This document shows positions 63,261 to 64,000 of a stretch of 64,000 bases of DNA, piece by piece. Numbering within the stretch: the stretch's first letter is position 1; every line of letters starts with the position of its first letter. The notes under the pieces were generated by a model. The model searched no databases. It was not told the DNA's origin and saw only the letters and a program-made list of their open reading frames with translations. Position numbers and translations under genes: made by a program. Origin of the DNA: Amphiscolops sp. MND2022 (Eukaryota); the NCBI GenBank assembly GCA_964187785.1, contig OZ076409.1:84694001-84758000 (forward strand), in the 5' to 3' direction.

Positions 63261-64000
63261 CAAAACCGGGATGACTGACATGGGTGGATGACCGAAGTGG
63301 ATGACTCTCCTGCTGTAATTGGTAAATTTAAAGGATTGTCCCACTGCGTCAAAAATTTTTACAATGAATTTTTTATTGAATTTTTTGGAGCATACTTTCG
63401 AGAATACTAGTATTATTAAATAATCACATGGTTAAAAAAACGTTCTTTCTAGAAAAACGTCGTTTTTAATGTTTTTTTTTCAATCAAAATAGCGATTTAA
63501 ATTGATTTTTTTCCAAAACCGTTTCTCGAAAATTTCTTTCAAAACGAGGGATGTTAAATATTTCAACAAAACGCATCAAAAATTTCAATTTTTCAGCCTT
63601 TTTTGGCATAAGCTCACGTTTCTGAGCTTTCTCGTGAGACAATTTGTACAATTCAACACGCGGCCTTCGACAAAAAATATCAATGAAAAAACCGGCGAAC
63701 TAATTCCCGAATTGAATTGCGATTTAAATTGGTGCGAATTTTTTGACAACCCTGCATTATCAATCCACCTCATTTGCTCTTGTTATTTGGTAATCCACCA
63801 AATGAAACTATAGTATATGGCAAGAGAATAAAAGATGTGACTGAATAAAAGATGTAAAGAAACGATGTGACTGAGTGTTTGTCCGTTGACGAATCCGCAC
63901 TCAGCGGGACTTAGACCCCTTTTGTACTATACATACTTGGTGAGAATTGAAAAAATACTCTAGCTTGGCCATGGGGGCAAAGAATGGATTTTCTCAGAAT

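Noticed and set aside
63867..63910. Pseudoknot or ribozyme (ctgagtg/cactcag stem plus cgggac)
   Set aside because: Second stem is short and imperfect, single copy, and has no recognisable catalytic core.

Overview
Repeat-dense eukaryotic (animal-like, AT-rich) genomic DNA, split by a 200-N scaffold gap at 36679-36878. Left of the gap: two spliced coding exons of a sialic acid synthase gene (NANS, minus strand; 8-kb intron 1) embedded in old transposon debris (two CR1/L2-type LINEs, two Gypsy LTR elements, putative solo LTRs, Tc1-type DNA transposons, DINE-1/HINE-like elements, a tRNA SINE). Right of the gap: a mosaic of nested MITEs with several very small genes between them. The main observation is two diverged ~70-aa RING-finger micro-genes (38394-38612 + and 57719-57928 -), each followed on the same strand by a complete HDV-like (CPEB3-type) self-cleaving ribozyme fold. 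The ribozymes lie only ~45-60 nt after the stop codon once independent MITE insertions are removed. Also found: a third, spliced 62-aa RING gene missed by the ORF track, a small PP1-docking-motif ORF, two copies of a 5S/tRNA-chimeric Pol III-like hairpin element, and a 730-bp foldback palindrome. All calls are from reading the sequence by eye; no searches or folding programs were run.
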